This document shows positions 51,143-58,909 of a stretch of 64,000 bases of DNA, in pieces (position 1 is the first letter of the stretch; each line of letters starts with the position of its first letter). The translations under genes and the position numbers were made by a program. The notes beneath the pieces were generated by a model. That model was not told the DNA's origin, did no database searches, and was given only the letters and a program-made list of their open reading frames with translations. The DNA lies in contig JAISKT010000203.1 in assembly GCA_031261295.1 (NCBI GenBank), positions 34,395-98,394 on the forward strand, given 5' to 3'. Source of the DNA: Candidatus Symbiothrix sp. (GTDB lineage Bacteria > Bacteroidota > Bacteroidia > Bacteroidales > Azobacteroidaceae).

Positions 51143-52456
51143 ATGAAAATGAAAAAAAATCTTTTTTTAATGCTGACACTCATCGTTTTGAGTGTAGCAA
51201 GTGTAAAAGCGCAAGTGAACATCGGTAGCGATGCGAATCCGCATTCCGGTGCAGTATTGGACTTATCCCAATTACCCACGGGAAAAGAACTTGGATTGTT
51301 GTTGCCGAATGTGGCCCTCAATGCAGTTTTGACTGAATTTGTATTGCCTCTTACGGATCCTTCCACAAAAGCCAATGCTACCGGTATGATGGTTTACAAT
51401 ACCAACCCAGAGCTTTCCGGTGGAGTTGGTGTTTATGTATGGAATGGTGAGGAATGGAAAAATGTGAATGTAGGTGGTAGCGGTAGCACCGGCGGCACCG
51501 GCGATGACACTTACAATCCGGGTAATTATCCGAAAGATCCTCCAACAGGTATTACGTTGACTTTAACCGGTACCACCTGTTACGATGTGAGGACTACATT
51601 GGATCCTTATGCAACCTGCTATTTAGCCGTAGAAGGAGCTAAGTCGGTCGATAAGGTTACCTGGTTTATTAGTGATCCCAATGGAGTACAATCGGAAGAT
51701 TCAAATCCCAGCGGTTATTTAGCGAATTTGACATTGAAACCGCAAGGAGCGGTATTGGCTCTGGCAAATGGAAACGGAGGTACGGTGCAAATTATCGTCA
51801 CGGCCTACATAGATGTGACTCGTTCGGACGACTCTAAAGCAAAAACGTCTATCTCCAAGACCATAAAATTCAAAAACACCGATTGTTGTGATGGCGTTAT
51901 TGTTTTTAACGCGGCGTTTGACTATGAAGATGGTACGCCGGGGTATATCTCCAGGACAAGCGGTATCACAATCAGTAATACAACTGACCATCCTCTGATT
52001 CCGAATAATGGAACTTTCAAGTCGTATTCGGCTGGTGACTTGTGCGTGTACAAAAATATGGGTCCAGCGAGCCAAACCTGGGCAGCAGCAGTGATGGGTT
52101 GCATGGGTGGTACAGGCGCGGACGGAGACGGAACAAGTGGCTGGTATTTGCCTAATAAACGCGAAGTTGACCAAATTTACACGGCTCTTGGAGGGTTACA
52201 GTCGCTAGTAAGCTCGTATTCGTGGTCTAACTTGTTGACGAATGGCCAGATCGTGGCCGCGAGCCCTGTGAACATGCCGGGTTTGGGCAATTACTTGTGG
52301 GCCAGTGACGAGCTTAGCGCAACTCAAGCGGCTTCGCTATTCCCAATCTCAAGCTATGCGTGGGGCCAAGCTAATAGTAAGGGTAGTACCTCGATTAAAT
52401 TTTCGAGCACGACAACGTACTATCCTACACAATATCGTTGCGTGAAACGCTTATAG
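51143..52456 (+). CDS. Secreted protein with a Bacteroidetes N-terminal motif set and a C-terminal Lcl/DUF1566-like domain
   Basis: Signal peptide ending VKA-Q; AVLDL..GLLLP..GMMVYNT..YVWNG..W; C-terminal GWYLPNKRE, YLWAS, RCVK. Confidence 0.7.
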   Translation: MKMKKNLFLMLTLIVLSVASVKAQVNIGSDANPHSGAVLDLSQLPTGKELGLLLPNVALNAVLTEFVLPLTDPSTKANATGMMVYNTNPELSGGVGVYVWNGEEWKNVNVGGSGSTGGTGDDTYNPGNYPKDPPTGITLTLTGTTCYDVRTTLDPYATCYLAVEGAKSVDKVTWFISDPNGVQSEDSNPSGYLANLTLKPQGAVLALANGNGGTVQIIVTAYIDVTRSDDSKAKTSISKTIKFKNTDCCDGVIVFNAAFDYEDGTPGYISRTSGITISNTTDHPLIPNNGTFKSYSAGDLCVYKNMGPASQTWAAAVMGCMGGTGADGDGTSGWYLPNKREVDQIYTALGGLQSLVSSYSWSNLLTNGQIVAASPVNMPGLGNYLWASDELSATQAASLFPISSYAWGQANSKGSTSIKFSSTTTYYPTQYRCVKRL

Positions 52457-52610
52457 CAGCCTTATAATGAATAGAAAAAATTTAAAAAGCAACAGTTTAT
52501 GACTTTTGAGAATTCAAAAGTTTGGCAAGTTACGCCGGTAACACAACAAGATTGAAAGATTACACCTATAGTTTTAAAAAGAAAGGCTATGCCGGCAACT
52601 AATTCGTTTT

Positions 52611-52668
52611 AGAAAAGGGGTTTGCGTTTTCTTTGGTATCGAAGAGAGAAACGCAAGCCCTCTTTTTT
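52611..52668. terminator. Bidirectional intrinsic terminator
   Basis: aaaaggggtttgcgtttt...gaaacgcaagccctctttttt between convergent genes. Confidence 0.75.
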
Positions 52669-55240
52669 ATTCAAATTCCACTACCGTGATGCCTGCGCCG
52701 CCAAATTGCACGTGTTCATCCTGAAAGTGTTTGACTCCCGGCGCTACCCGCAAATACTCGCGAATAATCTGCCGCAAAGCGCCCGTACCTGTCCCGTGTA
52801 AGATACGCACGCGGCCTACGTTGCATTGTACCGCATCGTCGATATAGTAGGTGACTGCCTGTAAAGCCTCTTCGCCCCGCATGCCCCGTACATCTATCTC
52901 CGGCTTGAAATTCAATTTCTTTTCCGACATCGTATCGGAACTGTTGGCGGAAATGACTTGCATTTTGGGCGTTTCTTTTTTCAGCTGGTTGTTGCTCACT
53001 TTTTCCAACTGGTCGAGTTTGGTTGAAGTTTTCAGTGCGCCGAAAGCTACGGTTACGTTTTTGCCTTTTATCTCCAATACCTGTCCGGCTGTGTGCTGGC
53101 CTTTTATCCGTACCGTATCTCCTACTGCAATCTCTGCATTGCTGTCATTGCGGGCTTGACCCGCAATCTCCTGATTAACCGTTTTTCGATGAATTGGATA
53201 AGGGCGTTTAACGCTGCTCTTGGGATTGCGGGTCAAGCCCGCAATGACAGGTAAATCGGAAGAATCTTGCAACGATTGCTTGAAATCTTCCAGGGTCTTG
53301 CGGGCTTCTTTCGTCTTTTCTTTTTCCGCCTGCGCTTCCCGTATTTCCCGGATGGTATTTTCAATTTTGGCGTTGGTCTCTGCAATCAACCGTCCGGCCT
53401 CCGCTTGGGCTTTGGCTTTGATTTCCTTGCGTTCGTTTTCTATTTTCTCCCAATCGGTTTTGTAGCGTTCCGTCAATTCTTCCAAGCGTTTTTCCTGTTG
53501 GCGGATGTTTTGCCGTTTGGATTCCCAATACCGTTTGTCGCGGACAATATCCTGCAAATATTTGTCCATATCAATATAATCCTGCCCGACTTTTTCGGAG
53601 GCTTCGGCAATGACATCTTCGGGCAAACCGATTTTCCGCGCAATTTCAATGGCAAACGAACTTCCCGGATTGCCGATAGAAAGCTTAAACAACGGCTGCA
53701 TCTCGTGCCGGTCGTACAGCATCGCTCCATTGACTACTCCCTCGTGGTCTTCGGCAAAGGTTTTCAAGTTCTGGTAATGCGTTGTGATAATACCGAAACT
53801 TTGTTTATCGTTGAACCGGTGCAACAAGGCTTCCGCAATGGCTCCCCCGATTTGCGGTTCGGTACCTCCGCCAAATTCATCAATCAGTATTAAGGATTTC
53901 GGCCCGGCATTTTTCACCATGAATTTCATGTTGGTCAGGTGCGAACTGTAAGTGGACAAATCATTTTCAATGGATTGTTCATCCCCGATATCCAAGAACA
54001 AATCCTTGAAAATCCCTGTTTTGGAACGTTCGCTGATCGGAATCAGCAGACCCGATTGCAGCATGTATTGCAGCAAACCTACTGTTTTGAGCAACACGGA
54101 TTTCCCCCCTGCATTGGGGCCGGAAATGACTAAAATCCGACAGCCTCTCCCCCCAGCCCCCTCTCCACAAGAGAGGAGGTGGCTGGCGCCAGCAGCTCCC
54201 CTCTCTGGTGGAGAGGGGCGGGGGGAAGAGGCTGTTAATTCAATATCTAACGGAACGACCGGTTTGTTTTGTTTCCGATGCGAAAGATACAGCAGCGGAT
54301 GAATGGCGCGAATCCAATCCATTATCTGTTGGTCTTCGATGGGCGGAAGAATGGCTTCGATATCCAAACCGAACAGCGCTTTGGCCCGGATAAAATCTAT
54401 TTCGGCAAGGAACAGATAGGAATGCAGTATCTCCGGTATTTCGGGACGTATCCGGTTGGTGAAAGCGGTCAGGATACGGATGATTTCCCGTTTTTCTTCG
54501 CTTTCCAATTCGCGGATTTTATTGTTGGCTTCCACCACTTCGGCCGGTTCGATAAAAACCGTTTTGCCGGTGGCCGATTCATCGTGGACGATTCCTTTCA
54601 GCTTGCGTTTGAATGCCGGAGAAATGGGGATTACCAAACGTCCGTCTCGCATAGTCGGCGCCACGTCTTTGTCCACCAATCCTTCCGATTGGGCTGTCCG
54701 CAAAATACTGTTCAATGTTTTGGAAATTCCGTTGATGGTCTGAGTCAGTTGCCGCCGGATAGCGCCCAATTCGGGAGAAGCGCTGTCTTTGACCTGGCCG
54801 AATTTATCTAAAATAGCATCTATTTGGCGAGTCAATTGCGGAAAAGAAGCGACATCCGCAGCCAATTCCTGCAAATGCGGGTAAGCATTGCTTTCTTCTT
54901 CCCGTTTGAGCTGAAAAAAACGAACGATCTCGTTGATTGTTTCTAATGAACGGCGAATATCAAACAGTTCTTTTTCAATTAAGTAAGTGCCTTCAATACG
55001 AATTTTCTTCAAGGCTTCGCGGACATCCAAAAAATAGTTGGCCGGAAAATTATCTTCTTCCTGAATAATCCGGGTAAATTCCTGCGTTTGATACAATTGC
55101 TTGCGGACAAATTCATAATTGGAAGAAAAAGCCATTTCAGCTACTTTTTCTTCACCCAAGGGAGATAAGCATCGAGCCGAAACCAATTCCCGTATCTTAT
55201 CAAAACCAATCTTTTGTTCGAAATTCTCCGGATATATCAT
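52667..55240 (-). CDS. mutS2: Endonuclease MutS2 carrying two in-frame palindromic insertions
   Basis: VHDESATGKT, GPNAGGKS, IGDEQS, LSTYSSH, DEFGGGT, KOW domain, Smr domain IDVRG...LHGTGTG. Confidence 0.95.
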   Translation of the reverse strand: MIYPENFEQKIGFDKIRELVSARCLSPLGEEKVAEMAFSSNYEFVRKQLYQTQEFTRIIQEEDNFPANYFLDVREALKKIRIEGTYLIEKELFDIRRSLETINEIVRFFQLKREEESNAYPHLQELAADVASFPQLTRQIDAILDKFGQVKDSASPELGAIRRQLTQTINGISKTLNSILRTAQSEGLVDKDVAPTMRDGRLVIPISPAFKRKLKGIVHDESATGKTVFIEPAEVVEANNKIRELESEEKREIIRILTAFTNRIRPEIPEILHSYLFLAEIDFIRAKALFGLDIEAILPPIEDQQIMDWIRAIHPLLYLSHRKQNKPVVPLDIELTASSPRPSPPERGAAGASHLLSCGEGAGGRGCRILVISGPNAGGKSVLLKTVGLLQYMLQSGLLIPISERSKTGIFKDLFLDIGDEQSIENDLSTYSSHLTNMKFMVKNAGPKSLILIDEFGGGTEPQIGGAIAEALLHRFNDKQSFGIITTHYQNLKTFAEDHEGVVNGAMLYDRHEMQPLFKLSIGNPGSSFAIEIARKIGLPEDVIAEASEKVGQDYIDMDKYLQDIVRDKRYWESKRQNIRQQEKRLEELTERYKTDWEKIENERKEIKAKAQAEAGRLIAETNAKIENTIREIREAQAEKEKTKEARKTLEDFKQSLQDSSDLPVIAGLTRNPKSSVKRPYPIHRKTVNQEIAGQARNDSNAEIAVGDTVRIKGQHTAGQVLEIKGKNVTVAFGALKTSTKLDQLEKVSNNQLKKETPKMQVISANSSDTMSEKKLNFKPEIDVRGMRGEEALQAVTYYIDDAVQCNVGRVRILHGTGTGALRQIIREYLRVAPGVKHFQDEHVQFGGAGITVVEFE
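53142..53250. repeat. Inverted REP doublet (REPIN-like), in frame within mutS2
   Basis: ctgtcattgcgggcttgacccgcaatc, spacer, gattgcgggtcaagcccgcaatgacag; encodes VIAGLTRNP...EIAGQARND. Confidence 0.9.
54140..54235. repeat. 96-bp GC-rich palindrome, in frame within mutS2
   Basis: acagcctct...ccctctccac...gtggagaggg...agaggctgt; encodes TASSPRPSPPERGAAGASHLLSCGEGAGGRGC. Confidence 0.9.
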
Positions 55241-55263
55241 ATAATCTTTATACTGTTGAAAAA

Positions 55264-55349
55264 CGTCATTTCGAGCGTAGCGAGAAATCTAAAGCTCAGC
55301 CGTAGGGCCTACGGAACAGATTAGATTTCTCGCTACGCTCGAAATGACG
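55264..55349. repeat. Intergenic palindromic element with perfect 29-bp inverted arms
   Basis: cgtcatttcgagcgtagcgagaaatctaa and ttagatttctcgctacgctcgaaatgacg; inner hairpin ccgtagg-g-cctacgg. Confidence 0.9.
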
Positions 55350-55359
55350 GGAGAGCAAA

Positions 55360-55926
55360 CTAAAATTCCTTTCCGGCCCGCAGCGCCTTCAGGTTTGTCT
55401 CTACTACTTCTTCGCCTTTCCGCCCGAATATCTGCCGGAGACCGTTTTCCAATTTGGAAAAATCAATTCCGATATAGGGGGAAGCGGCGCCCAATAAAAC
55501 CACATTTCCCGAACGGGGAGCGCCTAAATCTTTGGCGATTTGATCTACATTCAGCACTACTTTATGCGGCAGTTTGTCGTATTCGGCCTTTATCTTTTCC
55601 ATTTCCGGATAATTGGGAATGTTTTCAAAAGGCTCGGAATTAGTCACTATCCAACCGTCTTTTTTCAGATAAGGCAGATAACGCAACGCTTCCATCGGTT
55701 CGAGGGAAATGATGATGTCTGCATTTCCCAATGGGATCAAATCGGAAGCGATGGGGGTATCGCTGAGCCGCAAATGCGATTGAACATCGCCGCCCCGCTG
55801 ACTCATTCCATGCACTTCGGCCTGTTTCATGAACAGTCCGTCTTCCAAAGCCGCTTTTCCAATCACTGCCGCAACGGACAATATTCCTTGTCCGCCCACT
55901 CCTGCTAATATAATGTCTGTTTTCAT
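55360..55926 (-). CDS. iorB: Indolepyruvate:ferredoxin oxidoreductase beta subunit
   Basis: AGVGGQG, EVHGMSQRGG, LEPMEALR; start at MKTDII (55926). Confidence 0.93.
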   Translation of the reverse strand: MKTDIILAGVGGQGILSVAAVIGKAALEDGLFMKQAEVHGMSQRGGDVQSHLRLSDTPIASDLIPLGNADIIISLEPMEALRYLPYLKKDGWIVTNSEPFENIPNYPEMEKIKAEYDKLPHKVVLNVDQIAKDLGAPRSGNVVLLGAASPYIGIDFSKLENGLRQIFGRKGEEVVETNLKALRAGKEF

Positions 55927-55931
55927 TCCCT

Positions 55932-57623
55932 TCATTTTTTCATTTTCTTCATTTCTTTCACTTTTCTCGCATGTGTCTGGATACATTCCCGGCAAGGAAC
56001 GATAACGGAAACACCCGGGTATTCGATTTCCGCCCGGATCATCGCCTTCATTTCCTCGTAGTTCTTTTTCAATGGAACAATTTCCCGCAGGTGATCGGGA
56101 TCTACGCCTATTCCCTTACATATCGCATGGATACGGCCGGTGGCGGCCGAATCCTGTCCGCCGGTCATGCCCGTTGTTTCGTTATCTGAAATGATAATCA
56201 GCACATTGGCGTTGGCGTTCACGCAATCCAACAAACCGGTCATGCCCGAATGGGTGAACGTGGAATCGCCGATGACGGCCACCGCCGGGAAAATGCCCGC
56301 TTCAGAAGCGCCTTTGGCCATCGTGATGGACGCACCCATATCAATACACGAATCAATGGCGCGGAAAGGTGGCAAGGCTCCCAAGGTATAACAGCCGATA
56401 TCGCTGAATACTTTGGCGTTCGCATATTCTTTGACAACTTCATTCAAAGCCTGGTAAACATCCCGGTGACCGCATCCGACGCACAAGGCGGGCGGACGGT
56501 TTTCAAGGATTTCCGGCGCTTTATAATGGGAAACGACCGGCAACCCCAGGGCTTTCCGTACTTTATCCGGAGTCAATTCGCCGTCCCGTTCGAGCGTTCC
56601 GTCCAAGCGGCCGTGCACTTTGAGTCCCAAGCCCAGATAACCTTTCAGTTGTTCTTCCACGATGGGAAAACCGTCTTCCAAAACCAGGATTTCTTCGCAG
56701 GCTTCCACCAATTGCAGTAACTGTTTTTTCGGAAGCGGATATTGACTGATTTTCAACACCGGATTTTCAAATCCTTCCGGATAATTTTCCTGAAGATAAT
56801 TGAAAGCAATCCCGCAAGCGATTACCCCTAAATCCCCTGAAGGGGACTTTGGGGACTGCGCATTTTCATTATCGTGCGTCAGCCAAGTCCCCTTTAGGGG
56901 ATTTAGGGGTAAGCCCCCTTTAGGGAGTTGGGGGGTAAAATATTGATTATATTGGGAATTTTCGGAGGCTTCCAAAAATTCCGCTTGTTTGGCCAATAAA
57001 TCCTTGTACCGTTGGCGGGCAATGGCTGGCAGCAGGATGTATTTGGATTGCGCCTTCGGATCCGGGTGAAGCGGATTTTGCGCTTTGGCCTCCCGCGTCT
57101 GAACACCCGCGCGGGAATGCGCCATGCGGGTGGTGATGCGCAACAAAACCGGATAGCCCAATTTTTCGGACAAGTCGTACCCTTCGTAAACCATATCGTA
57201 GGCTTCCTGTTGGTTGGACGGTTCGAAAATAGGAATCATGGCAAAATTACCATACACCCGGTTATCCTGTTCATTCTGGGAAGAGTGCATGGACGGATCG
57301 TCGGCGGTGACAATAATCATTCCGCCGTTGATGCCTGCCAAGGCAATGTTCATAAAAGCATCGGCAGCCACATTCAAACCTACATGTTTCATACAGGAAA
57401 GCGTTCGCTTACCCGCATACGACATGCCTAAGGCGGTTTCCAAAGCGGTTTTCTCATTACTGCACCACTTGGACCAGACGCCTCTTTCTTTCGCAAGTTT
57501 AGAACTTTGGATATACTCTGTAATTTCAGTGGAAGGAGTTCCCGGATAAGAGTAAACTCCTGATAATCCGGCATCAATCGCTGCTTGCGCTATCGCTTCA
57601 TCTCCTAAAAAAAGTTGTTTCAT
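55932..57623 (-). CDS. iorA: Indolepyruvate:ferredoxin oxidoreductase alpha subunit with in-frame palindromic insertion
   Basis: YPGTPSTE, MKHVGLNVAAD, SSQNEQD, RPPALCVGCGHR, DIGCY, GDSTFTHSG. Confidence 0.93.
   Translation of the reverse strand: MKQLFLGDEAIAQAAIDAGLSGVYSYPGTPSTEITEYIQSSKLAKERGVWSKWCSNEKTALETALGMSYAGKRTLSCMKHVGLNVAADAFMNIALAGINGGMIIVTADDPSMHSSQNEQDNRVYGNFAMIPIFEPSNQQEAYDMVYEGYDLSEKLGYPVLLRITTRMAHSRAGVQTREAKAQNPLHPDPKAQSKYILLPAIARQRYKDLLAKQAEFLEASENSQYNQYFTPQLPKGGLPLNPLKGTWLTHDNENAQSPKSPSGDLGVIACGIAFNYLQENYPEGFENPVLKISQYPLPKKQLLQLVEACEEILVLEDGFPIVEEQLKGYLGLGLKVHGRLDGTLERDGELTPDKVRKALGLPVVSHYKAPEILENRPPALCVGCGHRDVYQALNEVVKEYANAKVFSDIGCYTLGALPPFRAIDSCIDMGASITMAKGASEAGIFPAVAVIGDSTFTHSGMTGLLDCVNANANVLIIISDNETTGMTGGQDSAATGRIHAICKGIGVDPDHLREIVPLKKNYEEMKAMIRAEIEYPGVSVIVPCRECIQTHARKVKEMKKMKK
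56822..56938. repeat. CCCCTAAATCCCC-type palindromic element plus extra half unit, in frame within iorA
   Basis: ttacccctaaatcccctgaaggggactt...aagtcccctttaggggatttaggggtaa followed by gccccctttagggagttgggggg. Confidence 0.9.
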
Positions 57624-57663
57624 AATAGTATTGGGATAATGTTAACAATAAATATTTTTAATT

Positions 57664-58104
57664 TTACCATAAAAATCGTACTAAAAAATCATAAGACGGA
57701 TAGAGAGAATAGCTGTCGGCGTGGTCATCTATCTTCAAAATAAAGGTGATATACCCCGGTTGGAACTCTACGGACAACTGTTCTTCCCATTTGTATCCAT
57801 ACTGATCTACTATAAAATCGCTGAAAGGCAGCGGCGATGCCGTATTCCTGCCATCCTGAGTATAATATAGGAAAGCTTGCATTACTCCATAATCAAAAAC
57901 TTCATTCGTTAAGTTAGGTTCTCTTATCTGGCAGTAATAATACCTTCCCGAATCGTCGAAATCTTCTTTCCAATCATTATCCGTTACTGTATACCTCTGT
58001 GTATAGGTATATGGCTCTACAACTTCCGTAATATATTCGTCCTTTGTACACGAACTTAAAACCAAAGTGAGAAAAGCGGTGAGAATCAAAGTGATCTTCT
58101 TCAT
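57664..58104 (-). CDS. Hypothetical lipoprotein
   Basis: Lipobox LSSC followed by acidic residues. Confidence 0.75.
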   Translation of the reverse strand: MKKITLILTAFLTLVLSSCTKDEYITEVVEPYTYTQRYTVTDNDWKEDFDDSGRYYYCQIREPNLTNEVFDYGVMQAFLYYTQDGRNTASPLPFSDFIVDQYGYKWEEQLSVEFQPGYITFILKIDDHADSYSLYPSYDFLVRFLW

Positions 58105-58111
58105 AATTTTT

Positions 58112-58789
58112 TTATTTTTCTAATTTAACTTCTGAGAAATAGCCGGATTCCAGTATGGAACTGTCATGAGAGCAGATAAACAGACCGACATAAGCGCCGG
58201 CCGGAAAATCAATGGAAACATCAGTTGTCACAACATTTACCTCATTTTCTTTTACGGTGCAGGCTTTTACGGTAATTTGATTGCCCTTGCGTTCCAATAC
58301 TAAGTAATCGGCGGAAATAATATCTACTTTCTTTTCTTCCGTATCCACGCCTACGGCAGGGCGATATTGCAAAGAGGTCAGCCCATCGCCGTAATGCACG
58401 GTAATATCGGCATAGCGTGCATCGGGTTCCAACGATTCGCGAATCATCAAACCTATTTTGCGGTGCATGTTGCTGTTTTCAAGCGCCGGTGCAAACGCTA
58501 TTTTGGACGACAGCGAGAAGTCGCCTTCCACAGGTTCATAGACAAAGAAGAATTCATCGGATTTGAACCACATATTTTCGCCGGCTCCCGACAGAGTATA
58601 AACTTCTGTTTGCGGATCATACGCTACATTTCCCTTTATAGCGGGATTGCCGATGTCGGCCGATAGCGTAAACGCTTGAGTAAATTCCGGTATTTGTACT
58701 TCCGGGGTTACCTCTTGCGCTTTTTTTCCACAAGCCGATACCAACAGGATGAAACCGAATAAAACTAAATTTTGAAATTTGTTTTGCAT
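58112..58789 (-). CDS. Hypothetical lipoprotein, beta-sandwich (lectin/DUF1349-like)
   Basis: Lipobox VSAC; GAGENMW, KIGLMIRESL, SLQYR, YVGLFICSH. Confidence 0.65.
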   Translation of the reverse strand: MQNKFQNLVLFGFILLVSACGKKAQEVTPEVQIPEFTQAFTLSADIGNPAIKGNVAYDPQTEVYTLSGAGENMWFKSDEFFFVYEPVEGDFSLSSKIAFAPALENSNMHRKIGLMIRESLEPDARYADITVHYGDGLTSLQYRPAVGVDTEEKKVDIISADYLVLERKGNQITVKACTVKENEVNVVTTDVSIDFPAGAYVGLFICSHDSSILESGYFSEVKLEK

Positions 58790-58804
58790 AAAAATAATAT
58801 TTAA

Positions 58805-58906
58805 ACCCCTCTAAATCTCCCCTAAAGGGGAGACTTTGCGGAAGTGAGATTAACAAATAATGAAAATAGCACAACTCTAAAAGTCCCCTTTAGGGGATTT
58901 AGGGGT
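58805..58906. repeat. Intergenic sister of the iorA element
   Basis: acccctctaaatctcccctaaaggggagact...aagtcccctttaggggatttaggggt; shares spacer ataatgaaaat with the iorA copy. Confidence 0.9.
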
Positions 58907-58909
58907 AAA

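Noticed and set aside
52499-52555. 18-aa ORF MTFENSKVWQVTPVTQQD, resembling the start of four-helix-bundle proteins
   Set aside because: Too short to support a call, and no continuation was found.
51143-52666. Complete diversity-generating retroelement
   Set aside because: No reverse transcriptase or template repeat in the window, and the 3' codons do not show a clear AAY-derived pattern.
53142-56938. Inteins or introns as the explanation for the mutS2 and iorA inserts
   Set aside because: The inserts are far too short, lack His-Asn splice motifs and intron cores, and are simple DNA palindromes, some with intergenic copies.
55344-58874. ORFs starting in or crossing palindromic elements (55344..55643, 58617..58874)
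   Set aside because: They overlap real genes in other frames or strands and are by-products of the repeat sequence.
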